Position numbers and translations under genes: made by a program. The notes under the pieces were generated by a model. The model was given only the letters and a program-made list of their open reading frames with translations. It did not search any database and had not been told where the DNA came from. This document shows, piece by piece, positions 1 through 13,800 of a stretch of 64,000 bases of DNA. Positions within the stretch are counted from its first letter, which is position 1. Each line of letters starts with the position of its first letter. The stretch is from assembly GCF_009914755.1 (NCBI RefSeq), contig NC_060927.1. One strand, written 5' to 3'. This DNA comes from the human T2T-CHM13v2.0 reference genome, Homo sapiens.

Positions 1-1470
1 GAAACCATACATTATATACTGTACATAAAATATCAAAGTTCCCAAGGTATATATTCTATACTGTACAAAAAATATCAAAGTACCCAAAGCATGTATTATA
101 TACTGTACATAATATATGAAAGTACATCAAATATATATTTTATTCTGTACATAAAATATCAAAGTACACCAGATATATATTCTATAGTGTACATAAAATA
201 TCAAAGAACCCAAACTATACATTATATACTGTACATAAAATATGAAATTACATCAAATATATATTAGGTACATAAAATATGAAAGTATATCAAATATAGA
301 TTATATATTGTACATAAAATATCAAAGTACCCCAAATATATATTATATACTCTACATGAAATATCAAAGTTCACAAACTATATATTATATACTGTACATA
401 AAATATCAAAGTACCCAAGGTATATATTCTATACTGTACAAAAAATATCAAGGTACCCAAAGCATGTATTATATACTGTACATAAAATATGAAAGTACAT
501 CAAATATATATTTTATTCTGTACATAAAATATCAAAGTACACCAGATATATATTCTATAGTGTACATAAAATAACAAAGTACACAAACTATACATTATAT
601 ACTGTACATAAAATATGAAATTACATCAAATATATATTAGGTACATAAAATATGAAAGAACATTAAACATAGATTATATACTGTACAAAAAATATCAAAG
701 TACCCCAAATATATATTATATACTCTACATGAAATATCAAAGTTCACAAACTATATATTATATACTGTACATAAAATATCAAAGTACCCAAGGTATATAT
801 TCTATACTGTAAAAAAAATATCAGAGTACCCAAAGCATGTATTATATACTGTACATAAAATATGAAAGTACATCAAATATATATTTAATTCTGTACTTAA
901 TATATCAAAGTACACCGGATATATATTCTATAGTGTACATAAAATAACAAAGTACACAAACTATAAATTATATACTGTACATAAAATATGAAATTACATC
1001 AAATATATATTAGGTACATAAAATATGAAAGTACATCAAATATAGATTATATACTGTACATAAAATATCAATGTACCCCAAATATATATTTTATACTATA
1101 CATGAAATATCAAAGTTCACAAACCATATTTTGTATACTGTACATAAAATATCAAAGTACCCAAGGTATATATTTTATACTCTACAAAAAATATCAAAAT
1201 ACCCAAAGCATGTATTATATACTGTACATAAAATATGAAAGTACATCGAATATATATTTTATTCTGTACATAAAATATCAAAGTACACCAGATATATATT
1301 CTATAGTGTACATAAAATATCAAAGTACCCAAACTATACATTATATTCTGTACATAAAATATGAAATTACATCAAATATATATTAGGTACATAAAATATG
1401 AAAGTACATCAAATATAGATTATATACTGTACATAAAATATCAAAGTACCCCAAATATATATTATATACT
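1..1470 (+). repeat. Block duplicated at ~46058-47527 (offset 46057)
   Basis: Translations at 242, 615, 988 and 1117(-) are identical to those at 46299, 46672, 47045 and 47174(-). Shared rare variant GAAAGAACATTAAACATAG. Confidence 0.88.
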
Positions 1471-2345
1471 CTACATGAAATATCAAAGTTCACAAACTAT
1501 ATATTATATTCTGTACATAAAATATGAAATTACATCAAATATATAGTATATTAGGTACATAAAATATGAAAGTACATCAAATATATATTTTATTCTGTAC
1601 ATAAAATATCAAAGAACACCAGATATATATTCTATAGTGTACATAAAATATCAAAGTACCCAAACTATACATTATATACTGTACATAAAATATGAAATTA
1701 CATCATATATATATTAGGTACATAAAATATGAAAGTACATCAAATATATATTTTATTCTGTACATAAAATATCAAAGTACACCAGATATATATTCTATAG
1801 TGTACTTAAAATAACAAAGTACACAAACTATAAATTATATACTGTACATAAAATATGAAATTACATCAAATATATATTAGGTACATAAAATATGAAAGTA
1901 CATCAAATATAGATTATATACTGTACATATAATATCAATGTACCCGAAATATATATTTTATACTCTACATGAAATATCAAAGTTCACAAACCATATATTG
2001 TATACTGCACATAAAATATCAAAATACCCAAGGTATATATTCTATACTGTACAAAAAATATCAAAGTACCCAAAGCAGGTATTATATACTGTATATAAAA
2101 TATGAAACTACATCAAATATATATTTTATTCTGTACATAAAATATCAAAGTACACCAGATATATATTCTATAGTGTACATAAAATATGAAGGTACCCAAA
2201 CTATACATTATATACTGTACATAAAATATGAAATTACATCAAATATATATTATATTAGGTACATAAAATACGAAAGTACATCAAATATAGATTATATACT
2301 GTACATAAAATATCAAAGTACCCCAATATATATTATATACTGTAC

Positions 2346-2881
2346 ATGAAATATCAAAGTTCACAAACTATATATTATGTACTGTACATAAAATATCAAA
2401 GTACCCAAGGTATATATTCTATACTGTACAAAAAATATCAAAGTACCCAAAGCATGTATTATATAATGTACATAAAATATGAAAGTACATCAAATATATA
2501 TTTTATTCTGTACATAAAATGTCAAAGAACACCAGATATATATTCTATAGTGTACATAAAATATCAAAGTACCCAAACTATACATTATATACTGTACATA
2601 AAATATGAAATTACATCATATATATATTAGGTACATAAAATATGAAAGTACATCAAATATATATTTTATTCTGTACATAAAATATCAAAGTACACCAGAT
2701 ATATATTCTATAGTGTACATAAAATAACAAAGTACACAAACTATAAATTATATACTGTACATAAAATATGAAATTACATCAAATATATATTAGGTACATA
2801 AAATATGAAAGTACATCAAATATAGATTATATACTGTACATATAATATCAATGTACCCGAAATATATATTTTATACTCTAC
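2346..2881 (+). repeat. Representative 13-mer variant unit (A-B-C-D-E-F-G'-D-E-F-G'-H-I, 536 bp)
   Basis: A-to-A spacing 2346->2882 = 536 = 13x42 - 2x5. D-E-F-G is read twice. Confidence 0.9.
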
Positions 2882-3259
2882 ATGAAATATCAAAGTTCAC
2901 AAACCATATATTGTATACTGCACATAAAATATCAAAATACCCAAGGTATATATTCTATACTGTACAAAAAATATCAAAGTACCCAAAGCAGGTATTATAT
3001 ACTGTACATAAAATATGAAAGTACATCAAATATATATTTTATTCTGTACATAAAATATCAAAGTACACCAGATATATATTCTATAGCGTACATAAAATAT
3101 CAAAGTACACAAACTATACATTATATACTGTACATAAAATATGAAATTACATCAAATATATATTATATTAGGTATATAAAATATGAAAGTACATCAAATA
3201 TAGATTATATACTGTAAATATAATATTATTGTACCCCAAATATATATTTTATACTCTAC

Positions 3260-3637
3260 ATGAAATATCAAAGTTCACAAACCATATATTATATACTGTA
3301 CATAAAATATCAAAGTACCCAAGGTATATATTCTATACTGTACAAAAAATATCAAAGTACCCAAAGCATGTATTATATACTGTACATAAAATATGAAAGT
3401 ACATCAAATATATATTTTATTCTGTACATAAAATATCAAAGTACACCAGATATATATTCTATAGTGTACATAAAATATCAAAGTACCCAAACTACACATT
3501 ATATACTGTACATAAAATATGAAATTACATCAAATATATATTATATTAGGTACATGAAATATGAAAGTACATCAAATATAGATTATATACTGTACATAAA
3601 ATATGAAAGTACCCCAAATATATATTATATACTCTGC
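3260..3637 (+). repeat. Representative canonical 378-bp 9-mer higher-order unit (monomers A-B-C-D-E-F-G-H-I)
   Basis: Nine distinguishable 42-bp monomers recur in fixed order. The A monomer (ATGAAATATCAAAGTTCAC) starts at 2882, 3260 and 3638, i.e. 378-bp spacing = 9x42. Confidence 0.95.
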
Positions 3638-3769
3638 ATGAAATATCAAAGTTCACAAACTATATATTATATACTGTACATAAAATATCAAAGTACCCAA
3701 GGTATATATTCTATACTGTACAAAAAATATCAAAGTATCCAAAGCATGTATTATATACTGTATATAAAA

Positions 3770-6600
3770 TATGAAAGTACATCAAATATATATTTTATTC
3801 TGTACATAAAATATCAAAGTACACCAGATATATATTCTATAGTGTACATAAAATATCAAAGCACCCAAACTATACATTATATACTGTACATAAAATATGA
3901 AATTACAGCAAATATATATTATATTAGGTACATAAAATATGAAAGTACATCAAATATAGATTATATACTGTACATTAAATACCAAAGTACCCCAAATATA
4001 TATTTTATACTGTACATGAAATATCAAAGTTCACAAACTATATATTATATACTGTACATAAAATATCAATGTACCCAAGGTATATATTCTACACTGCACA
4101 AAAAATATCAAAGTACCCAAAGCATGTATTATATACTGTATATAAAATATGAAAGTACATCAAATATATATTTTATTCTGTACATAAAATATCAAAGTAC
4201 ACCAGATATATATTCTATAGTGTACATAAAATATCAAAGTACCCAAACTATACATTATATACTGTACATAAAATATGAAATTACATCAAATATATATTAT
4301 ATTAGGTACATAAAATACGAAAGTACATCAAATATAGATTATATACTGTACATAAAATATCAAAGTACCCCAATATATATTATATACTGTACATGAAATA
4401 TCAAAGTTCACAAACTATATATTATGTACTGTACATAAAATATCAAAGTACCCAAGGTATATATTCTATACTGTACAAAAAATATCAAAGTACCGAAAGC
4501 ATGTATTATATAATGTACATAAAATATGAAAGTACATCAAATATATATTTTATTCTGTACATAAAATATCAAAGAACACCAGATATATATTCTATAGTGT
4601 ACATAAAATATCAAAGTACCCAAACTATACATTATATACTGTACATAAAATATGAAATTACATCATATATATATTAGGTACATAAAATATGAAAGTACAT
4701 CAAATATATATTTTATTCTGTACATAAAATATCAAAGTACACCAGATATATATTCTATAGTGTACATAAAATATCAAAGTACCCAAACTATACATTATAT
4801 ACTGTACATAAAATATGAAATTACAGCAAATATATATTATATTAGGTACATAAAATATGAAAGTACATCAAATATAGATTATATACTGTACATTAAATAC
4901 CAAAGTACCCCAAATATATATTTTATACTGTACATGAAATATCAAAGTTCACAAACTATATATTATATACTGTACATAAAATATCAATGTACCCAAGGTA
5001 TATATTCTATACTGCACAAAAAATATCAAAGTACCCAAAGCATGTATTATATACTGTATATAAAATATGAAAGTACATCAAATATATATTTTATTCTGTA
5101 CATAAAATATCAAAGTACACCAGATATATATTCTATAGTGTACATAAAATATCAAAGTACCCAAACTATACATTATATACTGTACATAAAATATGAAATT
5201 ACATCAAATATATATTATATTAGGTACATAAAATACGAAAGTACATCAAATATAGATTATATACTGTACATAAAATATCAAAGTACCCCAATATATATTA
5301 TATACTGTACATGAAATATCAAAGTTCACAAACTATATATTATGTACTGTACATAAAATATCAAAGTACCCAAGGTATATATTCTATACTGTACAAAAAA
5401 TATCAAAGTACCCAAAGCATGTATTATATAATGTACATAAAATATGAAAGTACATCAAATATATATTTTATTCTGTACATAAAATATCAAAGAACACCAG
5501 ATATATATTCTATAGTGTACATAAAATATCAAAGTACCCAAACTATACATTATATACTGTACATAAAATATGAAATTACATCATATATATATTAGGTACA
5601 TAAAATATGAAAGTACATCAAATATATATTTTATTCTGTACATAAAATATCAAAGTACACCAGATATATATTCTATAGTGTACATAAAATATCAAAGTAC
5701 ACAAACTATACATTATATACTGTACATAAAATATGAAATTACAGCAAATATATATTATATTAGGTACATAAAATATGAAAGTACATCAAATATAGATTAT
5801 ATACTGTACATTAAATACCAAAGTACCCCAAATATATATTTTATACTGTACATGAAATATCAAAGTTGACAAACTATATATTATATACTGTACATAAAAT
5901 ATCAATGTACCCAAGGTATATATTCTATACTGCACAAAAAATATCAAAGTACCCAAAGCATGTATTATATACTGTATATAAAATATGAAAGTACATCAAA
6001 TATATATTTTATTCTGTACATAAAATATCAAAGTACACCAGATATATATTCTATAGTGTACATAAAATATCAAAGTACCCAAACTATACATTATATACTG
6101 TACATAAAATATGAAATTACATCAAATATATATTATATTAGGTACATAAAATACAAAAGTACATCAAATATAGATTATATACTGTACATAAAATATCAAA
6201 GTACCCCAATATATATTATATACTGTACATGAAATATCAAAGTTCACAAACTATATATTATGTACTGTACATAAAATATCAAAGTACCCAAGGTATATAT
6301 TCTATACTGTACAAAAAATATCAAAGTACCCAAAGCATGTATTATATAATGTACATAAAATATGAAAGTACATCAAATATATATTTTATTCTGTACATAA
6401 AATATCAAAGAACACCAGATATATATTCTATAGTGTACATAAAATATCAAAGTACCCAAACTATACATTATATACTGTACATAAAATATGAAATTACATC
6501 ATATATATATTAGGTACATAAAATATGAAAGTACATCAAATATATATTTTATTCTGTACATAAAATATCAAAGTACACCAGATATATATTCTATAGTGTA
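3770..6600 (+). repeat. Local tandem of about 3 copies of a 918-bp 22-monomer unit (541-bp 13-mer + 377-bp 9-mer)
   Basis: The marker A monomer with TATTATGTACTG starts at 4393, 5311 and 6229, and the G variant TTACAGCAAA occurs at 3903, 4821 and 5739. All are spaced 918 = 22x42 - 5 - 1. Edges approximate. Confidence 0.88.
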
Positions 6601-7520
6601 CATAAAATAACAAAGTACACAAACTATAAATTATATACTGTACATAAAATATGAAATTACATCAAATATATATTAGGTACATAAAATATGAAAGTACATC
6701 AAATATAGATTATATACTGTACATATAATATCAATGTACCCGAAATATATATTTTATACTCTACATGAAATATCAAAGTTCACAAACCATATATTGTATA
6801 CTGCACATAAAATATCAAAATACCCAAGGTATATATTCTACACTGTACAAAAAATATCAAAGTACCCAAAGCAGGTATTATATACTGTACATAAAATATG
6901 AAAGTACATCAAATATATATTTTATTCTGTACATAAAATATCAAAGTACACCAGATATATATTCTATAGCGTACATAAAATATCAAAGTACACAAACTAT
7001 ACATTATATACTGTACATAAAATATGAAATTACATCAAATATATATTATATTAGGTACATAAAATATGAAAGTACATCAAATATAGATTATATACTGTAC
7101 ATTAAATACCAAAGTACCCCAAATATATATTTTATACTGTACATGAAATTTCAAAGTTCACAAACTATATATTATATACTGTACATAAAATATCAAAGTA
7201 CCCAAGGTATATATTCTATAGTGTACAAAAAATATCAAAGTACCCAAAGCATGTATTATATACTGTACATAAAATATGAAAGTACATCAAATATATATTT
7301 TATTCTGTACATAAAATATCAAAGTACACCAGATATATATTCTATAGTGTATATAAAATATCAAAGTACCCAAACTATACATTATATACTGTACATAAAA
7401 TATGAAATTACATCAAATATATATTATATTAGGTACATAAAATATGAAAGTACATGAAGTATAGATTATATACTGTACATAAAATATCAAAGTACCCCAA
7501 ATTTATATTATATACTATAC

Positions 7521-7893
7521 ATGAAATATCAAAGTTCACAAACTATATATTATATACTGTACATAAAATATCAAAGTACCCAAGGTATATATTCTATAGT
7601 GTACAAAAAATATCAAAGTACCCAAAGCATGTATTATATACCGTACATAAAATATAAAATTACATCAAATATATATTTTATTCTGTACATAAAATATCAA
7701 AGTACACCAGATATATATACTATAGTGTACATAAAATATCAAAGTACCCAAACTATACATTATACACTGTACATAAAATATGAAATTATATCAAATATAT
7801 ATTAGGTACATAAAATATGAAAGTACATCAAATATAGATTATATACTGTAAATATAATATCAATGTACCCCAAATATATATTTTATACTCTAC
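7521..7893 (+). repeat. Representative 373-bp 9-mer variant (monomer G shortened to 37 bp)
   Basis: A-to-A spacing 7521->7894 = 373. G reads AAATATATATTAGGTAC instead of AAATATATATTATATTAGGTAC (5-bp loss). Confidence 0.93.
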
Positions 7894-10800
7894 ATGAAAT
7901 ATCAAAGTTCACAAACCATATATTATATACTGTACATAAAATATCAAAGTACCCAAGTTATATATTCTATACTGTACAAAAAATATCAAAGTACCCAAAG
8001 CATGTATTATATACTGTACATAAAATATGAAAGTACATCAAATATATATTTTATTCTGTACATAAAATATCAAAGTACACCAGATATATATTCTATAGTG
8101 TACATAAAATGTCAAAGTACCCAAACTATACATTATATACTGTACATAAAATATGTAATTACATCAAATATATATTATATTAGGTACATAAAATAAGAAA
8201 GTACATCAAATATAGATTATATACTGTACATAAAATATCAAAGTACCCCAAATATATATTATATACTCTACATGAAATATCAAAGTTCACAAACTATATA
8301 TTATATACTGTACATAAAATATCAAAGTACCCAAGGTATATATTCTATACTGTACAAAAAATATCAAAGTATCCAAAGCATGTTTTATATACTGTATATA
8401 AAATATGAAAGTACATTAAAGATATATTTTATTCTGTACATAAAATATCAAAATACACCAGATATATATTCTATAGTGTACATAAAATAACAAAGTACAC
8501 AAACTATAAATTATATACTGTACATAAAATATGAAATTACATGAAATATATATTAGGTACATAAAATATGAAAGTACATCAAATATAGATTATATACTGT
8601 ACATATAATATCAATGTACCCCAAATATATATTTTATACTCTACATGAAATATCAAAGTTCAGAAACCATACATTATATACTGTACATAAAATATCAAAG
8701 TACCCAAGGTATATATTCTATACTGTACAAAAAATATCAAAGTACCCAAAGCATGTATTATATACCGTAGATAATATATGAAAGTACATCAAATATATAT
8801 TTTATTCTGTACATAAAATATCAAAGTACACCAGATATATATTCTATATTGTACATAAAATATCAAAGTACCCAAACTATAAATTATATACTGTACATAA
8901 AATATGAAATTACATCAAATATATATTAGGTACATAAAATATGAAAGTACATCAAATAGATATTTTATTCTGTACATAAAATATCAAAGTACACCAGATA
9001 TATATTCTATAGTGTACATAAAATAACAAAGTACACAAACTATAAATTATATACTGTACATAAAATATGAAATTACATCAAATATATATTAGGTACATAA
9101 AATATGAAAGTACATCAAATATAGATTATATACTGTACATATAATATCAATGTACCCGAAATATATATTTTATACTCTACATGAAATATCAAAGTTCACA
9201 AACCATATATTGTATAGTGCACATAAAATATCAAAATACCCAAGGTATATATTCTATACTGTACAAAAAATATCAAAGTACCCAAAGCAGGTATTATATA
9301 CTGTACATAAAATATGAAAGTACATCAAATATATATTTTATTCTGTACATAAAATATCAAAGTACACCAGATATATATTCTATAGCGTACATAAAATATC
9401 AAAGTACACAAACTATACATTATATACTGTACATAAAATATGAAATTACATCAAATATATATTATATTAGGTACATAAAATATGAAAGTACATCAAATAT
9501 AGATTATATACTGTACATTAAATACCAAAGTACCCCAAATATATATTTTATACTGTACATGAAATTTCAAAGTTCACAAACCATATATTATATACTGTAC
9601 ATAAAATATCAAAGTACCCAAGGTATATATTCTATAGTGTACAAAAAATATCAAAGTACCCAAAGCATGTATTATATACTGTAGATAAAATATGAAAGTA
9701 CATCAAATATATATTTTATTCTGTACATAAAATATCAAAGTACACCAGATATATATTCTATAGTGTACATAAAATAACAAAGTACACAAACTATAAATTA
9801 TATACTGTACGTAAAATATGAAATTACATCAAATATATATTAGGTACATAAAATATGAAAGTACATCAAATATAGATTATATACTGTACATATAATATCA
9901 ATGTACCCCAAATATATATTTTATACTCTACATGAAATATCAAAGTTCACAAACCATACATTACATACTTTCCATAAAATATGAAAGTACCCATGGCATA
10001 TATTCTATACTGTACAAAAGATATCAAAGTACCCAAAGCATGTATTATATACTGTACATAAAATATGAAAGTACATCAAATATATATTTTATTCTGTACA
10101 TAAAATATCAAAGTACACCAGATATATATTCTATAGTGTACATAAAATATCAAAGTACCCAAACTATATATTATATACTGTACATAAAATATGAAATTAC
10201 ATCAAATATGTATTATATTAGGTACATAAAATATGAAAGTACATCAAATATAGATTATATACCGTACATAAAATATCAAAGTACCCCAAATATATATTAT
10301 ATACTCTACATGAAATATCAAAGTTCACAAACTATATATTATATACTGTACATAAAATATCAAAGTACCCAAGGTATATATTCTATACTGTACAAAAAAT
10401 ATCAAAGTACCCAAAGCATGTATTATATACTGTATATAAAATAAGAAAGTACATTAAATATATTTTTTATTCTGTACATAAAATATCAAAGTACACCAGA
10501 TATATATTCTATAGTGTACATAAAATAACAAAGTACACAAACTATAAATTATATACTGTACATAAAATATGAAATTACATCAAATATATATTAGGTACAT
10601 AAAATATGAAAGTACATCAAATATAGATTATGTACTGAACATATAATATCAATGTACCCCAAATATATATTTGATACTCTACATGAAATATCAAAGTTCA
10701 GAAACCATACATTATATACTGTACATAAAATATCAAAGTACCCAAGGTATATATTCTATACTGTACAAAAAATATCAAAGTACCCAAAGCATGTATTATA

Positions 10801-13800
10801 TACTGTAGATAATATATGAAAGTACATCAAATATATATTTTATTCTGTACATAAAATATCAAAGTACACCAGATATATATTCTATAGTGTACATAAAATA
10901 TCAAAGTACCCAAACTATACATTATATACTGTACATAAAATATGAAATTACATCAAATATATATTAGGTACATAAAATATGAAAGTACATCAAATAGATA
11001 TTTTATTCTGTACATAAAATATCAAAGTACACCAGATATATATTCTATAGTGTACATAAAATAACAAAGTACACAAACTATAAATTATATACTGTACATA
11101 AAATATGAAATTACATCAAATATATATTAGGTACATAAAATATGAAAGTACATCAAATATAGATTATATACTGTACATATAATATCAATGTACCCGAAAT
11201 ATATATTTTATACTCTACATGAAATATCAAAGTTCACAAACCATATATTGTATAGTGCACATAAAATATCAAAATACCCAAGGTATATATTCTATACTGT
11301 ACAAAAAATATCAAAGTACCCAAAGCAGGTATTATATACTGTACATAAAATATGAAAGTACATCAAATATATATTTTCTTCTGTACATAAAATATCAAAG
11401 TACACCAGATATATATTCTATAGCGTACATAAAATATCAAAGTACACAAACTATACATTATATACTGTACATAAAATATGAAATTACATCAAATATATAT
11501 TATATTAGGTACATAAAATATGAAAGTACATCAAATATAGATTATATACTGTACATTAAATACCAAAGTACCCCAAATATATATTTTATACTGTACATGA
11601 AATTTCAAAGTTCACAAACTATATATTATATACTGCACATAAAATATCAAAGTACCCAAGGTATATATTCTATAGTGTACAAAAAATATCAAAGTACCCA
11701 AAGCATGTATTATATACTGTACATAAAATATGAAAGTACATCAAATATATATTTTATTCTGTACATAAAATATCAAAGTACACCAGATATATATTCTATA
11801 GTGTATATAAAATATCAAAGTACCCAAACTATACATTATATACTGTACATAAAATATGAAATTACATCAAATATATATTATATTAGGTACATAAAATATG
11901 AAAGTACATGAAGTATAGATTATATACTGTACAGAAAATATCAAAGTACCCCAAATTTATATTATATACTATACATGAAATATCAAAGTTCACAAACTAT
12001 ATATTATATACTGTACATAAAATATCAAAGTACCCAAGGTATATATTCTATAGTGTACAAAAAATATCAAAGTACCCAAAGCATGTATTATATACCGTAC
12101 ATAAAATATAAAATTACATCAAATATATATTTTATTCTGTACATAAAATATCAAAGTACACCAGATATATATACTATAGTGTACATAAAATATCAAAGTA
12201 CCCAAACTATACATTATACACTGTACATAAAATATGAAATTATATCAAATATATATTAGGTACATAAAATATGAAAGTACATCAAATATAGATTATATAC
12301 TGTAAATATAATATCAATGTACCCCAAATATATATTTTATACTCTACATGAAATATCAAAGTTCACAAACCATATATTATATACTGTACATAAAATATCA
12401 AAGTACCCAAGTTATATATTCTATACTGTACAAAAAATATCAAAGTACCCAAAGCATGTATTATATACTGTACATAAAATATGAAAGTACATCAAATATA
12501 TATTTTATTCTGTACATAAAATATCAAAGTACACCAGATATATATTCTATAGTGTACATAAAATGTCAAAGTACCCAAACTATACATTATATACTGTACA
12601 TAAAATATGTAATTATATCAAATATATATTATATTAGGTACATAAAATAAGAAAGTACATCAAATATAGATTATATACTGTACATAAAATATCAAAGTAC
12701 CCCAAATATATATTATATACTCTACATGAAATATCAAAGTTCACAAACTATATATTATATACTGTACATAAAATATCAAAGTACCCAAGGTATATATTCT
12801 ATACTGTACAAAAAATATCAAAGTATCCAAAGCATGTTTTATATACTGTATATAAAATATGAAAGTACATTAAAGATATATTTTATTCTGTACATAAAAT
12901 ATCAAAATACACCAGATATATATTCTATAGTGTACATAAAATAACAAAGTACACAAACTATAAATTATATACTGTACATAAAATATGAAATTACATGAAA
13001 TATATATTAGGTACATAAAATATGAAAGTACATCAAATATAGATTATATACTGTACATATAATATCAATGTACCCCAAATATATATTTTATACTCTACAT
13101 GAAATATCAAAGTTCACAAACCATACATTATATACTGTACATAAAATATCGAAGTACCCAAGTTATATATTCTATACTGTAGAAAAGATATCAAAGTACC
13201 CAAAGCATGTTTTATATACTGTATATAAAATATGAAAGTACATCAAATATATATTATATACTGTACATAAAATATCAAAGTACACCAGATATATATTTTA
13301 TAGTGTACATAAAATATCAAAGTACCCAAACTATACATTATATACTGTACATAAAATATGAGATTACATCAAATATATATTATATTAGGTACATAAAATA
13401 TGAAAGTACATCAGATATAGATTATATACTGTACATAAAATATCAAAGTACCCCAAATATATATTATATACTCTACATGAAATATCAAAGTTCACAAACT
13501 ATATATTATATACTGTATATAAAATATCAAAGTACCCAAGGTATATATTCTATACTGTACAAAAAATATCAAAATACCCAAAGCATGTATTATATACTGT
13601 ATATAAAATATGAAAATACATTAAATATATATTTTATTCTGTACATAAAATATCAAAGTACACCAGATATATATTCTATAGTGTACATAAAATAACAAAG
13701 TACAGAAACTATAAATTATATACTGTACGTAAAATATGAAATTACATCAAATATATATTAGGTACATAAAATATGAAAGTACATCAAATATAGATTATAT

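Larger units (their letters stand above)
1560..6890 (+). repeat. Block duplicated at ~53940-58350 (offset 52381, then 51463 after the extra 918-bp unit)
   Basis: ORF starts 1969/2346/2882/3260/4393/4652 match 54350/54727/55263/55641/56774/57033. The 378-aa translations at 3260 and 55641 are identical, including rare variants. Confidence 0.88.

Noticed and set aside
1117-1341. Minus-strand hydrophobic ORFs (also 29111, 40112, 41194, 47174) resembling membrane peptides
   Set aside because: They are the antisense reading of the same satellite, and the hydrophobicity follows from T-rich codons.
2092-2099. TATA-box match TATATAAA produced by the TGTATATAAAA variant (many copies)
   Set aside because: Expected by chance in such AT-rich DNA, with no other promoter evidence.
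3214-3220. Forkhead-like GTAAATA motif in an H/I junction variant
   Set aside because: Short AT-rich motif arising from one substitution, with no supporting evidence.
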